Source: Candidatus Doudnabacteria bacterium RIFCSPHIGHO2_01_FULL_46_14 (GTDB lineage: Bacteria > Patescibacteriota > Doudnabacteria > UBA920 > 2-01-FULL-46-14). From it: a stretch of 64,000 bases of DNA. The position numbers and the translations under genes were made by a program. This document shows, piece by piece, positions 26,624 through 34,953 of this stretch. Below the pieces are notes generated by a model. That model saw only the letters and a list, made by a program, of their open reading frames with translations. It was not told the DNA's origin and made no database searches. The stretch spans positions 86,983 to 150,982 of the forward strand of contig MFEK01000014.1 in NCBI GenBank assembly GCA_001779925.1. Direction: 5' to 3'. Every line of letters starts with the position of its first letter. Within the stretch, counting starts at the first letter, position 1.

Positions 26624-27262
26624 ATGAAGCGAAAAGGCTTTACCCTCATCAAGCTCCCCAGCTCTTCGTCCGCCTCTGGCGGACTACGGCGGGCCAATGC
26701 TTTCACATTGATAGAACTCCTCGTGGTCATTTCCGTCATCGGCCTGCTCGCCAGTATAGTTTTGGTGAGTTTGAACAGCGCGCGGGCCAAGGCAAGGGAT
26801 GCCAAGCGCTTAACCGACTTAGCCCAAATTAAGAAAGCTCTGGAATTGTATTATGACGATAACGGCAGTTATCCTAACACTAATTACAATGTCGGACCCG
26901 GGCAGTGGCGCACCCAATGCGCTTCCTCGGATTCATGGGTTACGCCAAACCTGCCGGCTGACCAGGTGATTAAAGATATTTATAATGGCAAAGGACTGGC
27001 TCCAACTTATATTAGCCCCTTCCCTTCCGACCCCCTCTTGAACGCAGCTTCGAGTCAAAATTGTTATAATTATACTTCCAATGGGACTGACTACAAGTTA
27101 ATAGATACAGCTTTAACAGATATGACCCTTGCCCAAATCAACCAGTATCCAAGCTATAAAGACCCTGCCAGAAACGACACAACCAATACAGCCCCGTGCA
27201 CCTCATTTGCTGATTATTCACTGACTTTGGCCATTTGGTCTCCTGGGGCGCAGTGCTGGTAA
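26624..27262 (+). CDS. Type IV pilin-like protein, array member 6, with a hairpin-repeat insertion in its leader
   Basis: MKRKGFTLIKLPSSSSASGGLRRANA then FTLIELLVVISVIGLL. The insert (26664-26693) has the GTCCGCCTCTGGCGGAC hairpin between GCTTTACCCTCATC and GCTTTCACATTGAT. Confidence 0.6.
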   Translation: MKRKGFTLIKLPSSSSASGGLRRANAFTLIELLVVISVIGLLASIVLVSLNSARAKARDAKRLTDLAQIKKALELYYDDNGSYPNTNYNVGPGQWRTQCASSDSWVTPNLPADQVIKDIYNGKGLAPTYISPFPSDPLLNAASSQNCYNYTSNGTDYKLIDTALTDMTLAQINQYPSYKDPARNDTTNTAPCTSFADYSLTLAIWSPGAQCW

Positions 27263-27278
27263 TTTTTTATTAAATTTT

Positions 27279-27755
27279 ATGAAGCGAAAAGGCTTTACCC
27301 TAGTTGAACTCCTCGTGGTCATCGCCGTGATTGGGCTTTTGGCCAGCGTGATTTTGGTGAGTTTGAACAGCGCGCGTGTGAAAGCCAGAGATGCTAGACG
27401 AAAAGCGGACATGTATCAATTGGGACTGGCAATACAGCTTTACTATGACGCTAACGGCACATTCCCGCCCAGCGTTTTAGATACAATTGACAACACAACA
27501 ACAAAAACCGGAGATTGGCCGCCTGCCTTTAAGACGGAGCTTGCCCCTTTTTTGTCCAAGCTTCCCCTGGACCCACTTTCAAATAGCGCTTTCCCTTTTT
27601 ACGGAGCAGAGAGGATGAATCGGGCTCCGGATGCGAATTGTAATGGGCAATTTGTCATCTGGATGTATTTTGAAGGAACGACTGATCCTGATTATGGTAA
27701 ATATATTTGCGGTTGGGCGCCGCTCCATTATATTAAGTTATTAGGCAAGTATTAA
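27279..27755 (+). CDS. Type IV pilin-like protein, array member 7
   Basis: MKRKG then FTLVELLVVIAVIGLLASVILVSLNSARVKARD. Confidence 0.65.
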   Translation: MKRKGFTLVELLVVIAVIGLLASVILVSLNSARVKARDARRKADMYQLGLAIQLYYDANGTFPPSVLDTIDNTTTKTGDWPPAFKTELAPFLSKLPLDPLSNSAFPFYGAERMNRAPDANCNGQFVIWMYFEGTTDPDYGKYICGWAPLHYIKLLGKY

Positions 27756-27767
27756 CTGCCCGAATAA

Positions 27768-28280
27768 ATGAAACAAAAAGGCTTAACCTTTACCCTTCGA
27801 CTACGCTCAGGGTTCACCCTCATCGAACTCCTCGTGGTTATTTCCGTCATCGGCCTGCTGGCGAGCGTGATTCTTATTTCTTTGAACAGCGCGCGGGCCA
27901 AGGCAAGGGATGCCAAACGCATCGCTGATATTCGGCAAATTCAAAAAGCTTTGGAACTCTACTATGATCAAAATAATGAATATCCGCGTTATGACGGCGG
28001 GGGAATAGTGACTTGCGGTGGTGCTTGGGCAACTACGGATGACGCGCCCACATTTATGCCCTGCTGGAATGATTTGCAAACAAAATTATCCCCGTATATA
28101 AATAGATTGCCGGTTGAAATTCTTTGGACATCCAGCGGTTATCATTATAAAACTCAAAACAGCGGACAAGGTTATTATTTGTTAATGTATCCTGAAAATA
28201 ACTCGATGTATCGGACTGATTCGCCTTGTTATGATAGTCAAGGTTCTCTTTGGTGGTGTACAGGGAATAATTGGGAATAA
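27768..28280 (+). CDS. Type IV pilin-like protein, array member 8, with a short leader insertion
   Basis: MKQKGLTFTLRLRSG then FTLIELLVVISVIGLL; duplicated GGCTTAACCTTTACCCTT / GGGTTCACCCTC. Confidence 0.6.
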   Translation: MKQKGLTFTLRLRSGFTLIELLVVISVIGLLASVILISLNSARAKARDAKRIADIRQIQKALELYYDQNNEYPRYDGGGIVTCGGAWATTDDAPTFMPCWNDLQTKLSPYINRLPVEILWTSSGYHYKTQNSGQGYYLLMYPENNSMYRTDSPCYDSQGSLWWCTGNNWE

Positions 28281-28301
28281 GGTAAGAAAAAATTAATAGA
28301 A

Positions 28302-28856
28302 ATGAGACCTCCACAAATACAAATCAAATATTCTTCTAAAGGCTTTACCCTCATCGAACTCCTGGTCGTTATTTCCGTTATCGGTCTGCTTGCTAGTGTG
28401 GTTATGATTGCTCTGAATTCCGCCCGTTTAAAGGCCAGGAACACCAAACGGCTTGCTGACATCAGGCAGTTGACCACAGCATTCAATCTTGGCCTTGATA
28501 GCAGCAGTAGCGGTTCCCTGCCTGCAAGCGGAGGTAATAATTGGGTATGCGTCAGCGCCAGTTGCTATGGGTCATGGGCGACAAGCTACCCCGCTAACGC
28601 TGGTGTTGATGCTTTTTTGGCGCCATATATTGCCAGCAAACCAACAGCTCCGCTTGGCAGTTATGCGGGAGCGGGCGGATATTTGTATATTTTTGGCTAC
28701 AACGGGGGGGCTGTGTCCCCGTATGACGGCAGTATTCTCGCAGGCACGTATTTGGACGCCCTCATGGAACCGCCTCTCACCCCAGGTATTTGCGGTTCAG
28801 GCAGAATATGGGACGCCACCTCAAACTACATTGAGTGCATGTTTAAGCTTGATTAA
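28302..28856 (+). CDS. Type IV pilin-like protein, array member 9
   Basis: MRPPQIQIKYSSKG then FTLIELLVVISVIGLLASVVMIALNSARLKARN. Confidence 0.65.
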   Translation: MRPPQIQIKYSSKGFTLIELLVVISVIGLLASVVMIALNSARLKARNTKRLADIRQLTTAFNLGLDSSSSGSLPASGGNNWVCVSASCYGSWATSYPANAGVDAFLAPYIASKPTAPLGSYAGAGGYLYIFGYNGGAVSPYDGSILAGTYLDALMEPPLTPGICGSGRIWDATSNYIECMFKLD

Positions 28857-29378
28857 ATGAAACAAAAAGGGTTTACCCTCATTGAACTCCTCGTGGTCAT
28901 TGCCGTCATCGGCTTGCTCGCCAGCGTGGTTTTGATGGCTTTGAATGCGACTCGAGTCAAAGCGAGGAATAGCAGGAGAGCTGCGGATATTCAACAGCTG
29001 GTTAAGGCTTTTAACTTAGCTGCCGATGCCGACGGCGGCACATTTCCCACTACTGGAATTAATCAATATTTTTGTATAAGCAGTACTTGCAGCGGCATAT
29101 GGCCTACCAACCCCAATGTTATAGTTGATAGCGCTTTGGCTCCCTATATAAAAAAGCCGACCGATCCCGTAGATTCTACCAGAGCCGGCGGGGGCTACAT
29201 TTATAACAGCAACTGGCCTTCCGGCAATGTTAGCCCCTATGACGGCACTGCCTGGGTAGGGGGTGTTTATTTGGCTTACTTATTGGAACCCGTTTCCATT
29301 ATCTCGGGCGTATGCGCACCGGGAAAAATTTGGATGGTTGACCAGACTTACATTGAGTGTTTGTTAAAGCTTGATTGA
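28857..29378 (+). CDS. Type IV pilin-like protein, array member 10
   Basis: MKQKG then FTLIELLVVIAVIGLLASVVLMALNATRVKARN. C-terminal region similar to member 9 (...YIECMFKLD versus YIECLLKLD). Confidence 0.65.
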   Translation: MKQKGFTLIELLVVIAVIGLLASVVLMALNATRVKARNSRRAADIQQLVKAFNLAADADGGTFPTTGINQYFCISSTCSGIWPTNPNVIVDSALAPYIKKPTDPVDSTRAGGGYIYNSNWPSGNVSPYDGTAWVGGVYLAYLLEPVSIISGVCAPGKIWMVDQTYIECLLKLD

Positions 29379-29868
29379 AAAAACCATGAAATCTAAATAT
29401 AAATTATCAACCGGTTTTACTTTAATCGAACTCCTCGTGGTCATCGCTGTTATCGGGCTTTTGGCGAGCGTGATTATGGTGAGTTTAAATAGTGCCAAGG
29501 CCAAGGCGCGGGATACTAAACGTAAAGCGGATTTAAAACAGGTCGCAACTGCCTTAAATCTTTATTATGACGAAAATAACTTTTTACCGGGAAATGCGTC
29601 CGGTTGGTGCTCTCTTTTTATCCACGGGGCCACTGGCTTTACGGGCAACGCCATGCCAGCTCCGCTTCTGACTAAGTACATGTCAAGCATTCCTTACGAC
29701 CCTATATGGGCTGGGGACGGGAACCCAAACAGCTACACGGCAGACTATCTGTATTATAATGTTGACAACACGAATGGTAAGTTTACTCTTTGCGCTAACT
29801 TTGAACAGGACCCGGGCAGTCTAACTGTCACGTGCGGCACTAATTATAAGTATTGCATAAGCCAATAA
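29371..29868 (+). CDS. Type IV pilin-like protein, array member 11
   Basis: MIEKTMKSKYKLSTG then FTLIELLVVIAVIGLLASVIMVSLNSAKAKARD. Confidence 0.65.
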   Translation: MIEKTMKSKYKLSTGFTLIELLVVIAVIGLLASVIMVSLNSAKAKARDTKRKADLKQVATALNLYYDENNFLPGNASGWCSLFIHGATGFTGNAMPAPLLTKYMSSIPYDPIWAGDGNPNSYTADYLYYNVDNTNGKFTLCANFEQDPGSLTVTCGTNYKYCISQ

Positions 29869-29906
29869 TTTTAAAAGGGCAAAAAATTTTAAAGTATAAT
29901 AAATTG

Positions 29907-30425
29907 ATGAACAAAATCAGACTTCAAACTGGCTTTACCTCCATCCCTCGGCCTTGTTCGTTCTTCGACAGGCTCAGAACGGCCTTGGGCTTGCCGAAAC
30001 GGTCGGGATTTACATTAATCGAACTCCTCGTGGTCATCGCTGTTATCGGGCTTTTGGCGAGCGTGATTATGGTGAGTTTAAATAGTGCCAGGGCCAAGGC
30101 GAGGGACGCGAGAAGAAAAGCGGATACAAAACAGTTGGGCACTGCTTTGGAACTATTTTACGATGCCAATAATTATTACCCTTACACGGGTTTGCCGGAT
30201 GGAAACAGCGCCGCAATGAGCTATTTAACGACTTATCTAACTCCGGCTTACCTGGCAAAAATCCCTGATGATCCTACCTGCCCGACGGTTTGCTATTCTT
30301 ACGTCCAGCTCGGAAGCGGCAAAGATTACGCGCTTTACGTGCCTCTGCAAGACAACCAAAATCCTTGCGTCATCAGGACTCCGGGCGCAACAGCTGTTTG
30401 GGCAGGTGTTCCTGGCTGTAACTAA
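29907..30425 (+). CDS. Type IV pilin-like protein, array member 12, with a ~62-bp insertion in its leader
   Basis: MNKIRLQTGFTSIPRPCSFFDRLRTALGLPKRSG then FTLIELLVVIAVIGLL. The insert (29953-30014) lies between GGCTTTACCTCC and GGGATTTACATTAATC. Confidence 0.55.
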   Translation: MNKIRLQTGFTSIPRPCSFFDRLRTALGLPKRSGFTLIELLVVIAVIGLLASVIMVSLNSARAKARDARRKADTKQLGTALELFYDANNYYPYTGLPDGNSAAMSYLTTYLTPAYLAKIPDDPTCPTVCYSYVQLGSGKDYALYVPLQDNQNPCVIRTPGATAVWAGVPGCN

Positions 30426-30472
30426 TCAAGTTTGCTCTTCTGCGCGGCAGAAAATAATGCTATAGTTCAGAC

Positions 30473-30823
30473 ATGATTATGGAAAGCGAAATTGGCAAGG
30501 TTCCCCAGGGGGAAACCGCAAGCCCGATAGAAAAGCTACAGCGCGAATACGCTATAAAATGGCTGGCGGCAATGATAGCCGCTTCAGAAGAACGAAGCTT
30601 ATCGAAGAATGACGAAGGCAGACATGAGGCCAAACAACGCTGGTCCGGGCTGCAAACTCAAGTTAAGGACGCTACTGATAAAATCAGGTCGTTACACGGT
30701 GCGGAAGCGGAAAAAATTTTTACCGAGGCCATGACAAAATATAATCTGGAAGGCAATCCGGATCCGCAAATTGCTGCAGAGGCCGAGAAACTTTATAACG
30801 AATGGGGAAAAACTAATGGGTGA
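30473..30823 (+). CDS. Hypothetical helical protein (116 aa)
   Basis: ORF; coupled to the next ORF by ATGGGTGA. Confidence 0.3.
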   Translation: MIMESEIGKVPQGETASPIEKLQREYAIKWLAAMIAASEERSLSKNDEGRHEAKQRWSGLQTQVKDATDKIRSLHGAEAEKIFTEAMTKYNLEGNPDPQIAAEAEKLYNEWGKTNG

Positions 30824-31058
30824 AAGAGGTGAAACTATTTTTCGTTTCAGCACGGAGAATCCCATGCTCCCGAAGGGGCATGGCGAGAAAAAAGCAGCGC
30901 GTAAAAAAAGGTCTGTACCATCCGCCGCGCTAAGAAATCTTGAGGTAGACCAGATTGATATTGACCGCCATGGCGGGAAACACGCCGTAGGGAGCGGTAT
31001 TCCAGAAATCGACCAGATTGATATCGATCGAGAGAAAAAACGCCAGAAAAAGATTTAG
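30816..31058 (+). CDS. Hypothetical basic protein with internal duplication (VDQIDIDRHGG / IDQIDIDREKK)
   Basis: ORF with internal start at 30816 overlapping the upstream stop. Confidence 0.3.
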   Translation: MGERGETIFRFSTENPMLPKGHGEKKAARKKRSVPSAALRNLEVDQIDIDRHGGKHAVGSGIPEIDQIDIDREKKRQKKI

Positions 31059-31738
31059 CTTAGTTCCAGAGCTTTTAGAAATTTGTTCAATTCATCGCCT
31101 TTCAGTTCATGCGACTGGCCTTGTGACAGGCCAGTTAGTTTTATATTGATAATCCGCTCCCGTTTCAGGTCGCGGACTGTATAGCCAAAAGCATCGCACA
31201 TACGCCGGATCTGGTGATGACGACCTTCGGTGAGAATGATTTTGAATTTGTTCTCGCCGAGCTTGGAGACTTTGGCGGGACGAGTGGTGTAGTCATCAAT
31301 TGTTATTCCTTTTCGGCAGTGCTCCAAAAATCCCGGACGCAGTTTTTTATCTACAGTTACGGTATATTCTTTTTCGTGCTCGTATTTGGGGTTGAGCATG
31401 CGGTCAGTAACCCGACCGTCATTGGTGAGCAAGATGAGTCCGTGCGAATTTTTATCCAAACGGCCGATCGGAAACGTGTCCCGGATTTTAATGCTGTGAG
31501 TGTCAATTCCCGTTGGTTTATGATATGCTAAATATATTCGCTGATCAGCGATTTTTTTAACAGTCGGCGAATCAACCTCAACCTTGTCGCCTTCATTTAT
31601 TTTCTGGCCAACGAGCGCGCGCTTGCCGTTGACTGTGACCAAGCCTTCGGCGATGAGTTTGTCAGCCATGCGACGGGAGCAATATTGTTTTTCTGATAGA
31701 TATTTATTTATTCTAATTGGATGATCCATACTTAACAT
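31055..31738 (-). CDS. rRNA pseudouridine synthase, RsuA/RluB family (S4 domain plus catalytic domain)
   Basis: S4 motif INKYLSEKQYCSRRMADKLI; catalytic YLAYHKPTGIDTHS and LDKNSHGLILLTNDG. Confidence 0.75.
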   Translation of the reverse strand: MLSMDHPIRINKYLSEKQYCSRRMADKLIAEGLVTVNGKRALVGQKINEGDKVEVDSPTVKKIADQRIYLAYHKPTGIDTHSIKIRDTFPIGRLDKNSHGLILLTNDGRVTDRMLNPKYEHEKEYTVTVDKKLRPGFLEHCRKGITIDDYTTRPAKVSKLGENKFKIILTEGRHHQIRRMCDAFGYTVRDLKRERIINIKLTGLSQGQSHELKGDELNKFLKALELS

Positions 31739-31776
31739 TGTAGCCCTTCGGCAAGCTCAGGGCAAAAATTCATTTC

Positions 31777-32730
31777 ATGAATTTTTGGAAACAATTAAAA
31801 AAACCAATAATGGCTCTCGCGCCCATGGCCAATGTTACGGATGCTGCATTTCGGCAGATAATTGCCAAATACGGCAAGCCGGACGTCATGTTTACCGAGT
31901 TCACCTCATGCGATGGGCTTGTGTCTGCCGGTCGCGGCAAACTCCTTGTAGATTTGAAATTCACGCCCGCAGAGCACCCGATTGTTGCCCAGTTTTTTGG
32001 TTCAAAGCCGGAAAATTTTTTCAACTGCGCTCAGCTTGCCCAAGAATTAAAATTCGACGGGATTGATATTAACATGGGCTGTCCGGACCGAGCCGTGGAA
32101 AGGCAGGGCGCCGGAGCAGCGCTAATCAAGACACCCGAGCTTGCCCAAGAAATAATTGCCGAAACGAAACGCGGTGCTCCGGATTTGCCGGTATCAGTCA
32201 AAACCCGCCTTGGTTATAATAAAAATATTTTGGAAGAATGGCTGCCAAAGCTTCTCGAAACCGGGCTTGCGGCAATAACCATTCACGCCAGAACCAGAAA
32301 AGAAATGTCGGACGTGGACGCGCACTGGGATCAGGTTAAACGAGCGGTAGAAATAACCGATGATATGGGAAAAGAAACCTTGATTCTTGGTAACGGGGAT
32401 ATAGGGGATATCGGAGAAGCCAAAGTCAAAGTCCAGGAAACGGGCTGCGACGGGGTAATGATCGGCCGAGGCATTTTCGGCAATCCCTGGCTGTTTAGCA
32501 GCGAGCGCGATTATAAAACCATAACACTAGAAGAAAAACTCGCTGTGATGCTTGAGCACACTTTTCTTTTTGAGAAGATGTTCAAGGACATAAAAAGCTT
32601 TGATGTCATGAAGAAGCACTACAAAGCTTACGTGGCCGGTTTTGACGGCGCAAAAGAACTGAGGGTCAAGCTTATGGAAGCAAAAAGCGCAGAAGAGGTT
32701 TCCCAAGTGATCACGCCGTACTTGGGGTGA
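31777..32730 (+). CDS. dus: tRNA-dihydrouridine synthase
   Basis: MALAPMANVTDAAFRQI...GIDINMGCP...TIHARTRKE Dus signatures. Confidence 0.8.
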   Translation: MNFWKQLKKPIMALAPMANVTDAAFRQIIAKYGKPDVMFTEFTSCDGLVSAGRGKLLVDLKFTPAEHPIVAQFFGSKPENFFNCAQLAQELKFDGIDINMGCPDRAVERQGAGAALIKTPELAQEIIAETKRGAPDLPVSVKTRLGYNKNILEEWLPKLLETGLAAITIHARTRKEMSDVDAHWDQVKRAVEITDDMGKETLILGNGDIGDIGEAKVKVQETGCDGVMIGRGIFGNPWLFSSERDYKTITLEEKLAVMLEHTFLFEKMFKDIKSFDVMKKHYKAYVAGFDGAKELRVKLMEAKSAEEVSQVITPYLG

Positions 32731-32805
32731 CAGAATCCGGTAACTATGCTATAGTTTATCCGTAGAATTAAATTCTGCTCTAAGCAGATTTTTTATTAGA
32801 CTTTT

Positions 32806-34611
32806 ATGAATATCCGTAACGTTGCAATTATCGCCCACGTTGACCACGGCAAGACCACTCTTGTCGATTCTTTGCTGCGCCAATCAAGCACTAAACTGCA
32901 TAAAGACATGGCCCAAAAAGAATTTATCATGGATTCCAATGATCTGGAGCGGGAGCGGGGGATTACGATTTTTTCCAAAAACGCGTCTGTGCGCTGGAAT
33001 GATACTAAAATAAATATTATCGACACCCCTGGCCATGCGGATTTCGGCGGTGAAGTAGAACGGGTTCTTCGCATGGCAGACGGCGCCCTGCTTCTCGTTG
33101 ATGCCAAAGAGGGACCAATGCCGCAAACCCGTTTCGTTTTGAAAAAAGCCCTGGCTTTGGGACTCCGCATCATTGTCGTAATCAATAAAATCGACAAATC
33201 AGATGCGCGCGTGCATTATGTGCACGACAAAACCCTGGATCTCTTTTTAGAGCTGGGGGCAAGCGATGAAATCGCGGATTTCCCTACGGTTTACGCGGCA
33301 GCCAAGCTTGGCAAGGCGGGTCTTGAGGCGGATCTCTCCAAAATGACAGATATCTCGCCCGTTTTTGAAGCAATCCTCAAACACATTCCTGCACCGCCTG
33401 TCGACGCAGAAAAGCCTTTGCAAATGCTCATCACGACAGTGAGCGCTGACACATTCAAAGGCCGCATTGCTACAGGGCGGGTCCATAACGGTGTGATCAA
33501 AGCAGGGCAGGACATCATGCACATTAACCGCGAAGGCCAAATGAAAAAATACCGAATAGTGTCACTGATGACTTTTGTGGGACTAGAGAGAGTGGATGCC
33601 GACGAGGTTTTAGCCGGTGACATCGCCTCCATTTCCGGGATTCCAGAAGTGGTCATAGGCGAGACGATTGCTGATGTTCTCAATCCAATCCCCTTGCCAG
33701 TGCTGGAAATCGAACAACCTACGGTCAAAATGACTTTTTCAGTCAATGATTCACCGTTTGCCGGCAAAGAGGGAGACTATTGCACCTCACGGCAGATCCA
33801 AGAAAGATTATACAAAGAGCTGGAAACAGATATGGCTCTTCGCGTGGATGATGGTTTGGCGCAAAACCAATGGACGGTTTCCGGTCGTGGCGAGCTGCAT
33901 TTGTCGATATTGATTGAACGCATGCGCAGAGAAGGATTTGAATTTCAAGTGAGCCGGCCGCAGGTCATCAACAAGGGAACGCTCACACCTTTTGAACGGG
34001 TCTTTATCGAGGTGCCAGAGGTACATTCCGGAGTGATTATCCAAAAGCTTGGAGGCCGTCACGGTGAGATGCAGGATCTACGCACGGAAAATGGCATTGC
34101 TTTTTTGGAGTTCTTGATTCCTACGCGGGGCCTTCTCGGATACAGAAGCGAGTTTCTTACTGACACGCGCGGGCTGGGTATCATCAATGCGACGTTCGAG
34201 GATTACCGGGAAGATCCGGGAAATTGGCGGGAGCGCGAGCAGGGGTCGCTTGTTGTTCATGAAACCGGCACTACCAACATGTACGGCCTCCTTAATGTTC
34301 AAGGCAGGGGAGTGCTGTTTATCGGGCCCGCAGTTTCGGTTTACAAAGGTCAGGTGGTCGGCCAAAATGCCAGGTCTGAGGATATTTCCGTAAATGTCTG
34401 TAAAGCGAAACAACTTTCCAATATGAGATCAAAAGGCGAGGGCGGCGCTGAGCATTTCAATGCTCCAAAAATAATGGAGCTCGAGGACGCCCTGCAATAT
34501 ATCGGCGATGACGAGCTTGTCGAGGTTACCCCGAAAAATGTCCGAATCCGTAAAACAATCCTCGACGAAGCCGAAGCCAAGAGAAAAGAGAAGATGGGCT
34601 TGGTGCGGTAG
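32806..34611 (+). CDS. typA: Translational GTPase TypA/BipA
   Basis: NVAIIAHVDHGKTTLVDSLL G1 motif, DTPGHADF G3 motif, typical length. Confidence 0.9.
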   Translation: MNIRNVAIIAHVDHGKTTLVDSLLRQSSTKLHKDMAQKEFIMDSNDLERERGITIFSKNASVRWNDTKINIIDTPGHADFGGEVERVLRMADGALLLVDAKEGPMPQTRFVLKKALALGLRIIVVINKIDKSDARVHYVHDKTLDLFLELGASDEIADFPTVYAAAKLGKAGLEADLSKMTDISPVFEAILKHIPAPPVDAEKPLQMLITTVSADTFKGRIATGRVHNGVIKAGQDIMHINREGQMKKYRIVSLMTFVGLERVDADEVLAGDIASISGIPEVVIGETIADVLNPIPLPVLEIEQPTVKMTFSVNDSPFAGKEGDYCTSRQIQERLYKELETDMALRVDDGLAQNQWTVSGRGELHLSILIERMRREGFEFQVSRPQVINKGTLTPFERVFIEVPEVHSGVIIQKLGGRHGEMQDLRTENGIAFLEFLIPTRGLLGYRSEFLTDTRGLGIINATFEDYREDPGNWREREQGSLVVHETGTTNMYGLLNVQGRGVLFIGPAVSVYKGQVVGQNARSEDISVNVCKAKQLSNMRSKGEGGAEHFNAPKIMELEDALQYIGDDELVEVTPKNVRIRKTILDEAEAKRKEKMGLVR

Positions 34612-34953
34612 CAACCATTCATTTCACAAAACCACGCAATTGCGTGAGAATGCGTAATGAAATTAGCCAATAAAAAAGATCCGAAAAACAGTCGTTCTGA
34701 CTTCGGATCTTTTTTTAATTTCTGCCTGGCATCATGCCGGCAGTTCGTTTGTGCTATTAGCCGATTGCGCGCCGGGAACGTATGATTTTATAAATCACTA
34801 CGAATCCGGCGCGTTTAAGTTCGGCTTTCATCTGCGCGATGAGTCCCTTTACGCTTGTGATGATTACTGTTGAGCTAAACAAAAAACTGCTCTTGCGAAC
34901 GGTTTTTTGCATCCGAGATTTGGCTTATATTAGCGTTATATCGGATGCGGTTA

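Noticed and set aside
24686-27412. Minus-strand ORFs across the pilin array (24686-25144, 25947-26180, 26539-26805, 27218-27412, 28238-28486, 29924-30142) sharing an ...ASLALAR.LFKLTK..LA..PITAMTTRSS.RVK motif
   Set aside because: They are antisense translations of the conserved pilin 5' module. Their similarity to each other just mirrors the sense-strand conservation, so they are not genes.
23737-30425. Possible CRISPR array suggested by regularly spaced ~150-nt conserved segments
   Set aside because: The repeats are 5' coding modules of full-length pilin genes (500-640 bp period, variable), not 25-40-bp repeats with short spacers. No cas genes are present.
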